A stretch of 64,000 nt of DNA from Escherichia coli (GCF_041248615.1 NZ_CP158426.1); one strand, 5' to 3'; counted from the stretch's first letter, positions 24,002-38,499 are shown. The notes: a model not told the origin generated them from the sequence alone. Made by a program: numbers and translations.

Positions 24002-24103
24002 ATGAAAGAGAATAAAGTACAACAAATCAGTCATAAACTGATTAATATCGTTGTTTTTGTCGCAATTGTAGAATACGCCTATTTATTTCTCCATTTCTAT
24101 TAA
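24002..24103 (+). CDS. ykgR: Small hydrophobic protein, 33 aa (MKENKVQQISHKLINIVVFVAIVEYAYLFLHFY)
   Basis: Short ORF below the ORF-track cutoff, preceded by aggaag; one predicted transmembrane helix; a degenerate copy lies at about 43320..43392. Confidence 0.6.
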   Translation: MKENKVQQISHKLINIVVFVAIVEYAYLFLHFY

Positions 24104-24429
24104 TAACGGCAATAAACTGTTCACTTCAGTGATATTAAAAAATATGCATCCTCTCCCTTTTTTGTAAGTAATTATTATATCCGTGGGAGAGGAATACACG
24201 CTGTCCGGCAATCAATCAAACTGCGATAAATCATCGGCCAGTAAAATGGAGATAGCCTCCATTCTCGAAAAATTCATACTCTCAGCGAAACCATCACTCA
24301 TCAAGGCGTTTATGGGAGCGTCGCCAATGGCTGCTAACAATGCCAGACTTCCCCGTTGCCGAAATTCCACATACCACAAATGGTCACAGGGATTGGGTGT
24401 TGAAATGATCCGGATGAGCATGTATCTTT

Positions 24430-24453
24430 ATGGTTATGTTATAACATAACAGG
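24430..24453. promoter_or_regulatory. Zur box overlapping the ykgM promoter (palindromic core ATGTTATAACAT)
   Basis: Perfect 12-bp palindrome in an AT-rich context immediately upstream of the ykgM start; matches the Zur operator architecture. Confidence 0.7.
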
Positions 24454-24461
24454 TAAAAATG

Positions 24462-24725
24462 ATGAAGCCCAATATCCATCCTGAGTATCGTACTGTGGTG
24501 TTCCACGACACCAGTGTTGATGAGTACTTTAAAATCGGCTCGACTATCAAAACAGACCGTGAGATTGAGCTGGATGGCGTAACGTATCCGTACGTGACAA
24601 TTGATGTCTCTTCTAAATCGCACCCGTTCTATACAGGGAAGCTGAGAACAGTGGCATCAGAAGGAAATGTTGCACGATTCACCCAACGTTTTGGTCGTTT
24701 TGTTAGCACGAAAAAGGGGGCATGA
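24462..24725 (+). CDS. ykgM: Zinc-independent paralog of ribosomal protein L31 (type B)
   Basis: ORF 24459..24725; protein [16 protein letters not shown]... lacks the CxxC zinc ribbon (87 aa from the second ATG). Confidence 0.9.
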
Positions 24726-24865
24726 TGAAAGTCCTTAACTCTCTGCGTACCGCAAAAGAACGCCATCCAGACTGTCAGATTGTGAAGCGAAAAGGACGGC
24801 TATATGTGATTTGTAAATCTAATCCACGTTTTAAGGCCGTTCAGGGTCGTAAGAAAAAACGTTGA
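24725..24865 (+). CDS. ykgO: Zinc-independent paralog of ribosomal protein L36 (46 aa)
   Basis: Short [49 protein letters not shown]; its start overlaps the ykgM stop (ATGA). Confidence 0.85.
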   Translation: MKVLNSLRTAKERHPDCQIVKRKGRLYVICKSNPRFKAVQGRKKKR

Positions 24866-24915
24866 TTCAAAATTCGACGAATTAACGATATTTGTCTGAT
24901 TAATAATCAGACCGG

Positions 24916-24955
24916 ATTAATGTTGGTGTATTTATTACACCAGCATTAATTTTCC
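24916..24955 (+). terminator. Rho-independent terminator candidate after ykgMO (attaatgttggtgta ... tacaccagcattaat, then T-run)
   Basis: Inverted repeat followed by TTTT, read from the sequence. Confidence 0.55.
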
Positions 24956-25879
24956 TGAGGATGTATCTTCCTGTTCATTTAAGGTCAACTGCCTGACGTT
25001 TCTCTCCGAATATTCCATTATATTAATGTTGACTTGTTGACCAGGTGCGCCCTGTATGCTGGCATCAACTCTCTTTTAGACTGAACACGCCACTCAGTTT
25101 CCTCCCTTTGCGACGCAGCCTGCATTTACACTCAAACGGTTAAGATGATAAATGTGGTAAATCTGTTGGTACTGACATAAAAACGTTTACGCCACAGGAA
25201 CGGCCTGATCCACCGGTAACCCCATCGCCGACGTTCGAGTGCCAGTTAGAGTAACGCGCACAGATGACTGAATGCAGTGCCCTGGCAAAGAGGCCATCGT
25301 TCCTGTGACAACTGGCAGTCTTCGTTTAACTTCACTTAATTTGGCTCTTAGGGGGCTTACCGGACAGATGACGTACTTACACCTGTTTAATTTTTCATCA
25401 CTTATTGGGATGAACACCCATAACCATTTTGTGCGGCATGTTAATCCATTAAAACACCTTACTGATTGGCAAATCATCTTTAATTATGACTCATGATAGT
25501 TTTATATTCTATTTCTTATCATTTAAACTTGTTTTTTTACTAGTCCATTACACAACACATTAAGACTATTCCTAACACCTCAGGGCAAAGTTCCTGGCTA
25601 ATATAAAATGCAAGTAAGAATTGAACGTTATATTGCCAATAACCTTATGAAACTGAATGTCTTTTTCTTCTTATCAAAAAAGCAATATTTTCATTTTTTG
25701 TAAATATTGACTTAACCATGGAATTCCTTTTCTGTTCACATATTGACACTCATCAGGAAAAAAACATAAATTTAAACCTAATCGAAATAATTAAAACTTA
25801 ATCTCGTTTAACCTATATTGATATGTGCTACGTATCTTATTTACTTCCGATTTACTAAAGAAACTGAATGTACCTGTAA

Positions 25880-26491
<612 letters not shown>

Positions 26492-26565
26492 ACTCCAGGC
26501 AAGTTAGTTTTAAAAAATGACTCACAGGGACATCACGTCCTCAATTCAACTCGGGAAGAAAAGCA

Positions 26566-27153
26566 ATGAAAAAAAAGGTTCTGGCAATAGCTCTGGTAAC
26601 GGTGTTTACCGGTACAGGTGTGGCGCAGGCTGCTGACGTAACAGCTCAGGCTGTAGCGACCTGGTCAGCAACAGCCAAAAAAGACACCACCAGTAAGCTG
26701 GTTGTGACGCCACTCGGTAGCCTGGCGTTCCAGTATGCCGAAGGCATTAAAGGTTTTAACTCACAGAAAGGTCTATTTGACGTGGCTATCGAGGGTGACT
26801 CAACGGCTACCGCCTTTAAACTGACCTCACGTCTTATCACCAACACCTTAACCCAGTTGGATACCTCAGGTTCCACACTGAATGTGGGCGTGGATTATAA
26901 CGGCGCGGCAGTCGAAAAAACTGGCGATACCGTGATGATCGATACCGCCAACGGCGTACTGGGCGGCAACCTTAGCCCACTGGCTAACGGTTACAATGCC
27001 AGCAATCGTACCACCGCACAGGATGGTTTCACTTTCTCCATCATCAGCGGCACCACCAATGGTACCACCGCAGTAACCGATTACAGCACTCTACCGGAAG
27101 GCATCTGGAGCGGCGACGTTAGCGTACAGTTCGACGCGACCTGGACCAGTTAA
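26566..27153 (+). CDS. ecpA: E. coli common pilus major pilin
   Basis: 195-aa ORF with a signal peptide (...VAQA) and Thr/Ser-rich pilin-like sequence. Confidence 0.9.
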   Translation: MKKKVLAIALVTVFTGTGVAQAADVTAQAVATWSATAKKDTTSKLVVTPLGSLAFQYAEGIKGFNSQKGLFDVAIEGDSTATAFKLTSRLITNTLTQLDTSGSTLNVGVDYNGAAVEKTGDTVMIDTANGVLGGNLSPLANGYNASNRTTAQDGFTFSIISGTTNGTTAVTDYSTLPEGIWSGDVSVQFDATWTS

Positions 27154-27210
27154 TCTCTCTGATGTACCAGCAGGGGTAGCCCCCCTGCTTTATTCCTGGA
27201 CGGAATTGTT

Positions 27211-27879
27211 ATGAAAAAGCACCTTCTGCCTCTCGCTCTGCTGTTTTCCGGAATATCTCCGGCCCAGGCGCTGGATGTCGGCGATATATCATCGTTTATG
27301 AACAGTGACAGCAGCACGCTGAGCAAAACGATCCAAAACAGTACCGACAGTGGCCGCCTCATCAATATCCGTCTCGAACGGCTCTCTTCACCGCTTGACG
27401 ACGGGCAGGTTATCGCAATGGACAAGCCGGATGAGTTGCTACTCACTCCCGCCAGCTTGCTGCTACCCGCCCAAGCCAGCGAAGTGATCCGCTTCTTCTA
27501 TAAGGGACCAGCAGATGAAAAAGAGCGCTACTACCGCATTGTCTGGTTTGATCAGGCCCTCAGTGATGCGCAGCGCGATAATGCCAACCGTAGCGCTGTG
27601 GCCACTGCTTCCGCCCGCATCGGCACCATTCTGGTCGTCGCCCCCCGCCAGGCGAACTACCACTTTCAGTACGCCAACGGCTCCCTGACAAATACAGGAA
27701 ATGCGACGCTGCGGATCCTCGCCTACGGCCCCTGCCTGAAAGCCGCCAATGGTAAGGAGTGTAAAGAGAATTACTACCTGATGCCGGGCAAGTCGCGTCG
27801 TTTTACCCGCGTGGACACGGCGGATAACAAAGGACGGGTTGCACTTTGGCAGGGTGATAAGTTCATTCCCGTGAAATAG
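27211..27879 (+). CDS. ecpB: Ecp periplasmic chaperone
   Basis: 222-aa ORF with signal peptide; position in the operon. Confidence 0.85.
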
Positions 27880-27904
27880 ATAGCTGTGCAGATGGATAAC
27901 GACA

Positions 27905-30430
27905 ATGCCTTTACGACGGTTCTCCCCAGGACTGAAAGCCCAGTTTGCCTTCGGCATGGTCTTTTTGTTCGTTCAGCCCGATGCCAGCGCTGCTGACATA
28001 AGTGCGCAGCAAATAGGTGGGGTGATTATTCCGCAGGCCTTCAGTCAGGCGCTCCAGGACGGCATGAGCGTCCCGCTTTATATTCATCTCGCCGGTAGCC
28101 AGGGTCGCCAGGACGATCAGCGAATCGGCAGCGCTTTTATCTGGCTGGATGATGGACAGCTACGCATCCGGAAAATACAGCTGGAAGAGAGTGAAGATAA
28201 CGCCAGTGTCAGCGAACAAACTCGACAGCAGCTGATGGCTCTGGCGAACGCCCCGTTCAATGAGGCCCTTACCATCCCCCTGACTGACAACGCGCAGCTG
28301 GATCTCAGCTTGCGCCAACTGCTGCTGCAGCTAGTGGTCAAGCGCGAAGCGCTGGGCACCGTACTACGCTCACGTAGCGAAGACATCGGGCAGTCCAGTG
28401 TTAACACCCTCAGCAGTAATCTGAGCTATAACTTCGGCGTCTATAACAACCAGTTGCGTAACGGCGGGAGCAACACATCCAGCTATCTGTCGCTGAATAA
28501 CGTTACTGCACTGCGCGAACATCACGTGGTGCTCGACGGCTCGCTGTACGGGATCGGTAGCGGTCAACAGGACAGTGAATTATATAAAGCGATGTATGAA
28601 CGCGATTTTGCCGGTCACCGATTTGCCGGTGGAATGCTCGACACCTGGAACTTGCAGTCCTTAGGGCCGATGACCGCCATTTCAGCAGGGAAGATTTACG
28701 GCCTTTCCTGGGGAAACCAGGCCAGCTCCACCATCTTCGACAGCAGCCAGTCAGCCACGCCAGTGATCGCCTTTTTACCGGCGGCGGGCGAAGTACATCT
28801 CACCCGTGATGGGCGGCTACTAAGCGTTCAGAACTTCACCATGGGCAATCATGAAGTGGATACCCGGGGTCTACCGTACGGTATTTACGATGTGGAAGTT
28901 GAGGTCATCGTTAACGGTCGCGTGATCAGCAAACGCACTCAACGGGTCAATAAGCTGTTTAGCCGGGGGCGCGGCGTCGGTGCACCACTGGCGTGGCAGA
29001 TATGGGGCGGTAGCTTTCATATGGATCGCTGGTCGGAAAACGGGAAAAAGACGCGACCAGCCAAAGAGAGTTGGCTGGCAGGTGCCTCGACCTCCGGCTC
29101 ACTGAGTACGCTTAGCTGGGCGGCAACGGGATATGGATACGATAATCAGGCCGTGGGTGAAACCCGTCTGACGCTGCCGCTTGGGGGGGCGATCAACGTT
29201 AACCTGCAAAATATGCTGGCCAGTGACAGCTCATGGAGCAGCATCGCCAGCATCAGCGCCACTCTACCGGGAGGCTTCAGTTCGCTGTGGGTTAATCAGG
29301 AAAAAACCCGCATTGGCAATCAATTGCGACGTAGCGATGCCGACAACCGTGCAATCGGCGGCACACTCAACCTGAACTCACTGTGGTCGAAGCTGGGCAC
29401 ATTCAGCATCAGCTACAATGATGACCGCCGTTACAACAGCCATTATTACACGGCAGATTACTATCAAAATGTCTACAGCGGTCCCTTTGGTTCGCTTGGC
29501 CTGCGGGCCGGTATTCAGCGCTATAACAACGGCGACAGCAACGCCAATACAGGGAAATATATCGCTCTCGATCTCTCGCTACCACTGGGCAACTGGTTTA
29601 GCGCAGGGATGACCCATCAAAACGGCTACACCATGGCAAACCTGTCAGCACGCAAACAGTTTGATGAAGGAACCATTCGCACTGTTGGTGCCAATCTGTC
29701 ACGAGCCATCTCCGGCGATACCGGTGATGACAAAACCCTCAGCGGTGGGGCGTATGCACAGTTCGACGCTCGTTACGCCAGCGGAACGCTGAACGTTAAT
29801 AGCGCGGCGGACGGCTACATCAATACCAATTTGACCGCCAACGGCAGCGTCGGCTGGCAGGGTAAAAACATCGCTGCCAGCGGGCGGACCGATGGCAACG
29901 CTGGGGTGATATTCGACACTGGCCTGGAGAACGATGGTCAGATCAGCGCCAAAATCAACGGGCGGATTTTCCCGCTTAACGGCAAGCGTAACTATCTCCC
30001 GCTCTCTCCCTATGGAAGATATGAGGTGGAGTTGCAGAACAGCAAAAACTCACTCGACAGTTACGATATCGTCAGCGGTCGCAAAAGTCATCTGACTCTC
30101 TATCCAGGCAATGTCGCTGTCATTGAGCCAGAGGTGAAGCAGATGGTTACCGTCTCCGGTCGTATCCGTGCGGAAGACGGCACACTGCTGGCTAACGCAC
30201 GGATTAACAACCATATCGGCCGAACCCGAACCGATGAAAACGGCGAGTTTGTCATGGACGTGGATAAGAAATACCCCACTATCGATTTTCGCTACAGTGG
30301 CAATAAAACCTGCGAAGTGGCACTGGAACTCAACCAGGCGCGCGGTGCCGTCTGGGTCGGTGATGTGGTCTGCAGCGGCCTCTCATCGTGGGCGGCGGTG
30401 ACGCAGACAGGAGAAGAGAATGAGAGTTAA
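27905..30430 (+). CDS. ecpC: Ecp outer-membrane usher
   Basis: 841-aa ORF with signal peptide; size and position typical of a pilus usher. Confidence 0.85.
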   Translation: MPLRRFSPGLKAQFAFGMVFLFVQPDASAADISAQQIGGVIIPQAFSQALQDGMSVPLYIHLAGSQGRQDDQRIGSAFIWLDDGQLRIRKIQLEESEDNASVSEQTRQQLMALANAPFNEALTIPLTDNAQLDLSLRQLLLQLVVKREALGTVLRSRSEDIGQSSVNTLSSNLSYNFGVYNNQLRNGGSNTSSYLSLNNVTALREHHVVLDGSLYGIGSGQQDSELYKAMYERDFAGHRFAGGMLDTWNLQSLGPMTAISAGKIYGLSWGNQASSTIFDSSQSATPVIAFLPAAGEVHLTRDGRLLSVQNFTMGNHEVDTRGLPYGIYDVEVEVIVNGRVISKRTQRVNKLFSRGRGVGAPLAWQIWGGSFHMDRWSENGKKTRPAKESWLAGASTSGSLSTLSWAATGYGYDNQAVGETRLTLPLGGAINVNLQNMLASDSSWSSIASISATLPGGFSSLWVNQEKTRIGNQLRRSDADNRAIGGTLNLNSLWSKLGTFSISYNDDRRYNSHYYTADYYQNVYSGPFGSLGLRAGIQRYNNGDSNANTGKYIALDLSLPLGNWFSAGMTHQNGYTMANLSARKQFDEGTIRTVGANLSRAISGDTGDDKTLSGGAYAQFDARYASGTLNVNSAADGYINTNLTANGSVGWQGKNIAASGRTDGNAGVIFDTGLENDGQISAKINGRIFPLNGKRNYLPLSPYGRYEVELQNSKNSLDSYDIVSGRKSHLTLYPGNVAVIEPEVKQMVTVSGRIRAEDGTLLANARINNHIGRTRTDENGEFVMDVDKKYPTIDFRYSGNKTCEVALELNQARGAVWVGDVVCSGLSSWAAVTQTGEENES

Positions 30431-32063
30431 CCTACTGATAGCGATGATAATCTTTGCGCTAATCTGGCCTGCAACCGCGCTCAGAGCGGCAGTGAGCAAA
30501 ACAACCTGGGCGGATGCTCCGGCACGCGAGTTTGTGTTTGTCGAAAACAACTCAGACGACAACTTTTTCGTCACGCCTGGCGGGGCGCTGGATCCGCGCC
30601 TGACCGGTGCCAACCGCTGGACCGGTTTAAAATACACTGGCTCAGGAACCATCTATCAGCAAAGCCTCGGCTACATTGATAACGGTTACAACACCGGCCT
30701 TTATACCAACTGGAAGTTTGATATGTGGCTGGAAAATTCACCAGTTTCATCTCCTTTAACTGGCTTGCGCTGCATCAACTGGTACGCAGGGTGTAATATG
30801 ACCACCAGTCTTATCCTGCCGCAAACCACCGACGCCAGTGGATTTTATGGCGCGACGGTGACCAGCGGCGGCGCGAAGTGGATGCACGGCATGTTGTCAG
30901 ACGCGTTTTACCAGTATCTGCAACAAATGCCCGTCGGCAGCAGCTTTACAATGACCATCAATGCCTGCCAGACCTCTGTGAACTATGACGCCAGTAGCGG
31001 CGCACGCTGTAAGGATCAGGCCTCCGGCAACTGGTATGTTCGCAACGTCACCCATACGAAAGCAGCAAATCTGCGGTTGATAAATACCCACTCGCTGGCG
31101 GAAGTATTTATCAACAGCGACGGAGTACCGACTCTGGGCGAAGGGAACGCCGACTGCCGGACGCAAACCATCGGCAGCCGTTCAGGATTAAGTTGTAAGA
31201 TGGTTAACTATACCCTGCAAACAAACGGACTCAGCAACACCTCAATCCATATATTCCCGGCGATCGCCAACTCGTCGTTAGCCTCGGCCGTCGGGGTGTA
31301 CGATATGCAGTTCAGTCTGAATGGCAGTTCATGGAAACCGGTGAGCAATACTGCCTATTACTACACCTTCAACGAGATGAAGAGCGCAGACTCGATCTAT
31401 GTTTTCTTCTCGAGCAACTTCTTTAAACAGATGGTGAACCTCGGGATCAGCGATATCAACACCAAAGATCTATTCAACTTTCGCTTTCAGAACACCACAT
31501 CACCGGAGTCTGGCTGGTATGAATTTTCTACCTCCAACACGCTGATTATCAAACCCCGTGATTTCAGCATCAGTATTATCTCCGATGAATATACTCAGAC
31601 ACCGTCGCGGGAGGGATATGTTGGCAGCGGCGAGTCGGCACTCGATTTCGGCTATATCGTAACCACCAGCGGTAAAACAGCTGCCGACGAAGTGCTGATC
31701 AAGGTGACCGGACCCGCGCAGGTGATTGGCGGGCGCTCCTATTGTGTCTTCAGCTCCGATGATGGTAAGGCGAAAGTACCGTTCCCGGCGACGCTTTCCT
31801 TTATTACCCGCAGCGGAGCTACAAAAACCTACGATGCCGGGTGCGATGATAGCTGGCGGGATATGACCGATGCGCTGTGGCTGACCACACCGTGGACTGA
31901 TATCTCTGGCGAAGTGGGGCAGATGGATAAGACCACAGTCAAATTTTCGATTCCAATGGATAACGCCATTTCGCTGCGTACGGTAGATGATAACGGCTGG
32001 TTTGGCGAAGTCAGCGCTTCAGGAGAGATTCATGTTCAGGCGACGTGGCGTAACATTAACTAA
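30420..32063 (+). CDS. ecpD: Ecp tip adhesin / polymerised minor subunit
   Basis: 547-aa ORF overlapping the ecpC stop. Confidence 0.85.
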   Translation: MRVNLLIAMIIFALIWPATALRAAVSKTTWADAPAREFVFVENNSDDNFFVTPGGALDPRLTGANRWTGLKYTGSGTIYQQSLGYIDNGYNTGLYTNWKFDMWLENSPVSSPLTGLRCINWYAGCNMTTSLILPQTTDASGFYGATVTSGGAKWMHGMLSDAFYQYLQQMPVGSSFTMTINACQTSVNYDASSGARCKDQASGNWYVRNVTHTKAANLRLINTHSLAEVFINSDGVPTLGEGNADCRTQTIGSRSGLSCKMVNYTLQTNGLSNTSIHIFPAIANSSLASAVGVYDMQFSLNGSSWKPVSNTAYYYTFNEMKSADSIYVFFSSNFFKQMVNLGISDINTKDLFNFRFQNTTSPESGWYEFSTSNTLIIKPRDFSISIISDEYTQTPSREGYVGSGESALDFGYIVTTSGKTAADEVLIKVTGPAQVIGGRSYCVFSSDDGKAKVPFPATLSFITRSGATKTYDAGCDDSWRDMTDALWLTTPWTDISGEVGQMDKTTVKFSIPMDNAISLRTVDDNGWFGEVSASGEIHVQATWRNIN

Positions 32064-32742
32064 GGCCCTGCTGACAGTGGTCTGTATGCTGGCGGCACCT
32101 TTGACACAGGCGATTTCGGTCGGCAATCTGACTTTTTCACTGCCGTCCGAGACTGACTTTGTCAGCAAACGTGTAGTGAATAACAACAAAAGCGCACGGA
32201 TATACCGTATTGCCATCAGTGCTATCGATAGCCCGGGCAGCAGTGAATTGCGCACCCGACCGGTGGATGGTGAACTGCTTTTCGCCCCCCGCCAGCTGGC
32301 GTTGCAGGCTGGTGAGAGCGAGTATTTTAAATTTTACTATCATGGTCCACGGGATAACCGCGAGCGCTACTACCGGGTCTCATTTCGCGAGGTCCCCACT
32401 CGCAACCAGACAAGACGCAGCCCAACCGGCGGCGAGGTTAGCACGGAGCCGGTGGTGGTGATGGATACCATTCTGGTAGTACGACCACGTCAGGTTCAAT
32501 TTAAATGGTCCTTCGACCAGGTGACAGGAACGGTAAGTAACACTGGCAACACATGGTTTAAGCTACTGATTAAGCCAGGATGTGATTCGACCGAAGAGGA
32601 AGGCGATGCCTGGTACCTACGTCCGGGAGACGTTGTTCATCAGCCTGAGTTACGTCAGCCGGGGAATCATTATCTGGTCTATAACGACAAATTCATTAAG
32701 ATTAGCGATTCCTGTCCTGCTAAGCCCCCTTCGGCGGACTAA
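32032..32742 (+). CDS. ecpE: Ecp second chaperone
   Basis: ORF 31987..32742 trimmed to MFRRRGVTL... (236 aa); signal peptide; paralogous to EcpB. Confidence 0.8.
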   Translation: MFRRRGVTLTKALLTVVCMLAAPLTQAISVGNLTFSLPSETDFVSKRVVNNNKSARIYRIAISAIDSPGSSELRTRPVDGELLFAPRQLALQAGESEYFKFYYHGPRDNRERYYRVSFREVPTRNQTRRSPTGGEVSTEPVVVMDTILVVRPRQVQFKWSFDQVTGTVSNTGNTWFKLLIKPGCDSTEEEGDAWYLRPGDVVHQPELRQPGNHYLVYNDKFIKISDSCPAKPPSAD

Positions 32743-33054
32743 GACTTATCCATCGGTCGAGGGAAGAACTCCACCTCAGAGCCCCAAAAATCGTTTAAAT
32801 GATGTGGAAGCGATCGTCAATATCACCTGTAACGATGGGCTTTCTCATATGCACACAATAGTGTTCAGGAGACACGGAAAGGTACCAGGCAGCCTGCTAA
32901 CGAGTGGTTTATTCACGAATTAGTACGTAAAATCGGTAACGGCTGGAAATCATTCAATACTCACACTATCGAAAGTTCCCCAGCCAACCGCGGTACGTTC
33001 TTACATACGATGTACCGCTGTTCTCTTTACGATTTATAGCTGTACTGGTGAATT

Positions 33055-33384
33055 ATGAGCAATCTGAATCCATGCATGACGTGTGGTGCCTGTTGTGCAT
33101 TTTTCCGCGTCTCTTTTTACTGGGCCGAAGCCGACGATGCTGGCGGTACCATTCCCGCCAGGCTCACTGAACAAATATCCCCTTTTCACCGATGCATGAG
33201 CGGTACCAATCAGAAAAACCCCCGATGTATTGCCCTTGCAGGAACACCGGGCAAAAATGCCTGCTGCACGATATATAAAAATCGATCGTCCACGTGCAGA
33301 GAATTCGCCATGTCTGGTGAGAACGGAGTCGTCAATGAGGCTTGCAATCGTGCAAGAGCTAAATACGGGCTGACACCGTTATAA
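33055..33384 (+). CDS. ykgJ: Cys-rich YkgJ-family putative zinc/iron-binding protein
   Basis: 109-aa ORF with clustered cysteines ([15 protein letters not shown]). Confidence 0.8.
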
Positions 33385-33632
33385 ATATGCAATAATTAAT
33401 TGCACTGCCCCGCCAGCTATAATCGCGGGGCTTCGTTTTTCAGGGATAACAAAACCCGAAACTTCTTCCATCTGCCAGCAACAATGCCTCTTCCTCTATA
33501 GTGTTCTCCGGATCTACAGCATCCTGAAGTAGCGCGATGTACTCACGGGCTATCTGCTTCAGAAAGTAAAAAGCAATGTTTTTAACCTATAAAAATGGCG
33601 CTGCATTTGCGCCATTTTTATTATTCAATGCA

Positions 33633-34247
33633 TTATCTGTTTGAGCCTAAAGGGATCTCAGGGTCTGGCTCATGAGTAATTCTGTTTCGTAAATCTCTGC
33701 GAATAATTTCAATGGACCAGAACCAGACTAAATGTCCAAAAATTTCAGAAACATTCTCATACCACGGGAGATCAAACAGAGGTGGCGTCAGTCCCATGAG
33801 AGGGAATGAAATCATATGAACAAAAAGTTGGGCTAAAGCACCTGCCAGTAAGCCCTGCCAGAGTTTAATTTTTGGAAATACTTCAGCGACCACACAATAA
33901 CCGACAGCAAACACTATCGAAAAGATAATATGCGTAACACCAACCCAGTTAAAGACATGCCCGGCAAAGGTATAAACAGCCGCATTGGGATCTGTCAGCC
34001 CCAACCAGTCTCGAAGAAAAATATACGGAGGATTGAGAAAATTACGGGAGCAATCAATTTGCCCAGCAGCCCTGATTAATGATTCCGGGCCACACGCTGC
34101 ATTAAACATATCCACCGGGCTACGTGGCGGCAATGGAACTTCAGCCCCCCACTTCACAAATGCGGAAACAACGCCAGCAATCAGCCCAATGAATGCAGCA
34201 AGACCATAACGTCTGCGGTTCGGTGGAGTTTGTTCAAATATATTCAT
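33633..34247 (-). CDS. yagU: Inner-membrane protein (DUF1440 family)
   Basis: 204-aa hydrophobic ORF. Confidence 0.85.
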
Positions 34248-34652
34248 ATCTACCCTGCTTGTACCATTATGTTATACACCTCTTCAGGAGTATTCATAAA
34301 ATAAGACAAATGTAAAGAACTGTATTGTTTTGTATAATGCAATGGTGACTAATCGCCAATGAATATAAGCACCATCATTTCTCCCTATTTTTATGTTAGA
34401 AGTGACAAAGATTTGCAGGGTGATGCTGAGCTGACAATCACAGGTTTCCTTATCGGTTTTTGCATCGCACAACTAAAGCAATAAACTAGCTCCCGTCATC
34501 GGCGAATATGAATTAATTAGCCGGGCTCATAGCTGCATTCGCGTTTTAAGAATAATCCTCCTGCTCTCACCGACTATGCTTAACGTTTAAAAAAGCATCA
34601 GCACTCTCGCAACGCACTCTTATTTTCCCCTTTAGAATACCGGAGGCCTGGT

Positions 34653-35342
34653 ATGAGCAACCAAGGCGAATACCCCGAAGATAATCGGGTTGGGAAGCAC
34701 GAGCCGCACGATTTTAGTTTGACCCGTCGCGATCTGATTAAAGTCAGCGCCGCAACGGCGGCGACCGCCGTGGTTTATCCTCATTCTACGCTTGCGGCAA
34801 GCGTTCCGGCAGCTACACCCGCGCCAGAGATAATGCCCCTGACACTTAAGGTGAACGGCAAAACCGAGCAGTTGGACGTTGATACCCGAACCACGCTACT
34901 GGACGCTTTGCGTGAAAATCTGCATCTGATCGGTACCAAGAAAGGTTGCGATCACGGACAGTGCGGAGCCTGTACCGTGCTGGTCAATGGTCGAAGGCTT
35001 AATGCCTGCCTGACGCTTGCAGTCATGCATCAGGGGGCCGAGATCACCACCATTGAAGGCCTGGGTTCACCAGACCATCTTCATCCTATGCAGGCGGCCT
35101 TTATCAGACATGATGGCTTCCAGTGCGGCTACTGCACCTCCGGGCAAATTTGCTCATCAGTAGCGGTGCTAAAAGAGATTCAGGACGGCATTCCCAGTCA
35201 CGTCACGGTCGATTTGGTTTCCCCTCCAGAAAGAACTGCCGATGAGATCCGTGAACGTATGAGCGGCAACATCTGTCGCTGTGGTGCATACGCTAACATC
35301 CTTGCCGCCATTGAAGACGCTGCGGGGGAGATAAAATCATGA
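34653..35342 (+). CDS. paoA: Periplasmic aldehyde oxidoreductase, 2Fe-2S/4Fe-4S subunit with Tat signal
   Basis: 229-aa ORF; twin-arginine motif (TRRDLIK) and ferredoxin Cys motifs. Confidence 0.9.
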   Translation: MSNQGEYPEDNRVGKHEPHDFSLTRRDLIKVSAATAATAVVYPHSTLAASVPAATPAPEIMPLTLKVNGKTEQLDVDTRTTLLDALRENLHLIGTKKGCDHGQCGACTVLVNGRRLNACLTLAVMHQGAEITTIEGLGSPDHLHPMQAAFIRHDGFQCGYCTSGQICSSVAVLKEIQDGIPSHVTVDLVSPPERTADEIRERMSGNICRCGAYANILAAIEDAAGEIKS

Positions 35343-36295
35343 AGGCGTTTACCTATGAACGTGTGAACACCCCTGCCGAGGCGGCACTTAGTGCTCAGCG
35401 CGTACCCGGCGCAAAATTTATCGCGGGCGGGACCAATCTGCTGGACCTGATGAAGCTGGAAATTGAAACGCCCACCCACCTTATCGATGTGAACGGGCTC
35501 GGGCTCGATAAGATTGAAGTGACCGACGCGGGTGGGCTGCGCATCGGCGCACTGGTACGGAACACCGACCTGGCGGCTCACGAGCGCGTGCGTCGTGATT
35601 ATGCGGTACTCTCCCGCGCCCTGCTCGCTGGCGCGTCTGGTCAGTTACGTAATCAGGCAACCACCGCAGGTAATCTGCTCCAGCGCACGCGCTGCCCCTA
35701 TTTTTACGACACCAATCAGCCCTGCAATAAGCGCCTGCCCGGGAGCGGCTGCGCGGCACTTGAAGGCTTTAGCCGTCAGCACGCGGTGGTAGGCGTAAGC
35801 GAAGCCTGCATTGCCACCCATCCGAGCGATATGGCGGTCGCAATGCGGTTGCTGGATGCGGTAGTGGAAACCATCACGCCGGAGGGAAAGACTCGCAGTA
35901 TCACACTGGCTGATTTTTATCACCCTCCGGGAAAAACGCCGCACATTGAAACCGCCCTGCTTCCCGGTGAGCTTATCGTTGCGGTGGCATTACCTCCGCC
36001 GCTCGGCGGAAAACATATCTACCGCAAGGTGCGCGATCGCGCCTCCTACGCCTTTGCCCTGGTATCGGTCGCGGCGATTATTCAGCCTGACGGCAGCGGG
36101 CGCGTCGCGCTGGGCGGAGTAGCACATAAGCCCTGGCGCATTGAGGCTGCGGATGCTCAGCTATCCCAGGGGGCGCAGGCCGTGTATGACGCGCTGTTCG
36201 CCAGCGCCCATCCCACCGCTGAAAACACCTTTAAACTCCTGTTGGCGAAGCGAACGCTTGCCTCCGTACTGGCTGAAGCGAGGGCACTGGCATGA
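35339..36295 (+). CDS. paoB: Aldehyde oxidoreductase FAD-binding subunit
   Basis: 318-aa ORF, translationally coupled to paoA. Confidence 0.9.
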   Translation: MKAFTYERVNTPAEAALSAQRVPGAKFIAGGTNLLDLMKLEIETPTHLIDVNGLGLDKIEVTDAGGLRIGALVRNTDLAAHERVRRDYAVLSRALLAGASGQLRNQATTAGNLLQRTRCPYFYDTNQPCNKRLPGSGCAALEGFSRQHAVVGVSEACIATHPSDMAVAMRLLDAVVETITPEGKTRSITLADFYHPPGKTPHIETALLPGELIVAVALPPPLGGKHIYRKVRDRASYAFALVSVAAIIQPDGSGRVALGGVAHKPWRIEAADAQLSQGAQAVYDALFASAHPTAENTFKLLLAKRTLASVLAEARALA

Positions 36296-38490
36296 AATTT
36301 GATAAACCCGCAGGGGAAAACCCGATCGATCAGCTGAAGGTTGTCGGTCGTCCCCATGACCGCATCGACGGACCGCTGAAAACTACCGGCACGGCACGCT
36401 ACGCCTACGAATGGCATGAAGAAGCCCCCAACGCCGCCTATGGTTATATCGTCAGTTCCGCCATTGCCAAAGGACGCCTCACCGCCCTTGATACGGACGC
36501 CGCGCAAAAAGCGCCGGGCGTACTGGCTGTCATTACCGCCAGTAACGCTGGGGCACTCGGCAAAGGCGACAAAAACACCGCCAGGCTGTTAGGCGGCCCC
36601 ACTATTGAGCACTATCATCAGGCCATTGCGCTGGTAGTGGCTGAGACCTTCGAACAGGCGCGAGCGGCGGCCTCGCTGGTGCAGGCGCACTATCGCCGTA
36701 ATAAAGGAGCTTACTCCCTGGCGGACGAGAAACAGGCCGTCAGTCAGCCGCCGGAAGACACGCCCGATAAAAATGTTGGTGACTTTGACGGGGCTTTCAC
36801 CTCCGCTGCGGTAAAGATTGATGCTACCTACACGACCCCGGACCAGAGCCATATGGCGATGGAGCCGCATGCCTCGATGGCCGTCTGGGATGGGAATAAG
36901 CTTACCCTCTGGACCTCAAATCAGATGATTGACTGGTGCCGCACCGATCTGGCAAAAACGCTGAAAGTGCCCGTGGAGAATGTGCGTATTATCTCCCCGT
37001 ATATCGGCGGAGGGTTTGGCGGCAAGCTGTTCCTGAGAAGCGATGCGCTGCTGGCGGCCCTCGCCGCCCGTGCGGTGAAACGTCCGGTTAAAGTGATGCT
37101 CCCCCGCCCCACTATTCCCAATAACACCACGCACCGCCCCGCCACCCTTCAGCACTTGCGTATCGGTACTGACCAGAGCGGGAAAATCACCGCTATCTCA
37201 CATGAAAGCTGGTCCGGAAACCTGCCCGGTGGCACGCCGGAAACGGCGGTACAGCAAAGCGAATTACTCTACGCAGGGGCAAACCGTCATACAGGCCTGC
37301 GGCTCGCCACGCTTGATTTGCCGGAAGGGAACGCCATGCGTGCGCCCGGCGAAGCCCCCGGTCTGATGGCGCTCGAAATCGCGATCGACGAACTGGCGGA
37401 AAAAGCGGGCATCGATCCCGTCGAGTTTCGCATCCTGAATGACACTCAGGTTGACCCCGCCGACCCGACGCGCCGCTTCTCTCGCCGTCAGCTTATCGAG
37501 TGCTTGCGCACCGGAGCGGATAAATTTGGCTGGAAGCAGCGCAACGCCACACCCGGACAGGTACGCGACGGGGAGTGGCTAGTCGGCCACGGTGTTGCGG
37601 CGGGCTTTCGCAATAATCTGCTGGAAAAATCGGGTGCGCGGGTTCACCTAGAACAAAACGGCACCGTTACCGTGGAAACGGACATGACCGATATTGGCAC
37701 TGGCAGCTACACCATTCTGGCCCAGACGGCAGCGGAAATGCTTGGCGTACCGCTGGAGCAGGTTGCGGTTCACCTCGGCGATTCCAGTTTCCCGGTTTCT
37801 GCGGGTTCTGGTGGACAATGGGGCGCGAATACCTCCACCTCCGGCGTTTACGCCGCCTGTGTGAAGCTTCGCGAAATGATTGCCTCGGCAGTCGGGTTTG
37901 ATCCTGAGCAGTCGCAGTTTGCCGACGGCAAGATTACCAACGGTACCCGAAGCGCCACGCTACGTGAGGCCACCGCAGGCGGTAGACTGACAGCGGAAGA
38001 GAGCATTGAATTCGGAACACTGAGCAAGGAGTACCAGCAATCGACCTTTGCCGGGCATTTTGTGGAGGTCAGCGTGCATAGCGCGACGGGAGAAGTTCGG
38101 GTCCGACGTATGCTCGCCGTGTGCGCAGCGGGGCGCATTCTGAATCCGAAAACCGCACGCAGCCAGGTCATTGGCGCAATGACTATGGGCATGGGCGCGG
38201 CACTGATGGAGGAGCTGGCGGTAGATGACCGTTTGGGCTACTTCGTTAATCACGATATGGCGGGGTATGAGGTGCCGGTTCATGCGGATATCCCAAAACA
38301 GGAGGTGATTTTCCTGGATGATACCGACCCCATCTCCTCCCCGATGAAGGCCAAAGGTGTCGGTGAGCTGGGCCTGTGCGGCGTGAGCGCGGCTATCGCC
38401 AACGCGGTGTATAACGCCACCGGTATTCGGGTACGGGATTATCCCATCACTCTGGATAAGCTGCTCGATAAACTGCCGGATGTGGTTTAA
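36292..38490 (+). CDS. paoC: Aldehyde oxidoreductase molybdopterin-binding catalytic subunit
   Basis: 732-aa ORF of the xanthine dehydrogenase family. Confidence 0.9.
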   Translation: MKFDKPAGENPIDQLKVVGRPHDRIDGPLKTTGTARYAYEWHEEAPNAAYGYIVSSAIAKGRLTALDTDAAQKAPGVLAVITASNAGALGKGDKNTARLLGGPTIEHYHQAIALVVAETFEQARAAASLVQAHYRRNKGAYSLADEKQAVSQPPEDTPDKNVGDFDGAFTSAAVKIDATYTTPDQSHMAMEPHASMAVWDGNKLTLWTSNQMIDWCRTDLAKTLKVPVENVRIISPYIGGGFGGKLFLRSDALLAALAARAVKRPVKVMLPRPTIPNNTTHRPATLQHLRIGTDQSGKITAISHESWSGNLPGGTPETAVQQSELLYAGANRHTGLRLATLDLPEGNAMRAPGEAPGLMALEIAIDELAEKAGIDPVEFRILNDTQVDPADPTRRFSRRQLIECLRTGADKFGWKQRNATPGQVRDGEWLVGHGVAAGFRNNLLEKSGARVHLEQNGTVTVETDMTDIGTGSYTILAQTAAEMLGVPLEQVAVHLGDSSFPVSAGSGGQWGANTSTSGVYAACVKLREMIASAVGFDPEQSQFADGKITNGTRSATLREATAGGRLTAEESIEFGTLSKEYQQSTFAGHFVEVSVHSATGEVRVRRMLAVCAAGRILNPKTARSQVIGAMTMGMGAALMEELAVDDRLGYFVNHDMAGYEVPVHADIPKQEVIFLDDTDPISSPMKAKGVGELGLCGVSAAIANAVYNATGIRVRDYPITLDKLLDKLPDVV

Positions 38491-38499
38491 GGAGGAACA

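Noticed and set aside
25187-25496. ORFs of 96 aa (minus strand) and 74 aa (plus strand) in the ecpR upstream region
   Set aside because: No ribosome-binding sites, no recognisable motifs, mutually overlapping on opposite strands; likely chance ORFs in a regulatory region.
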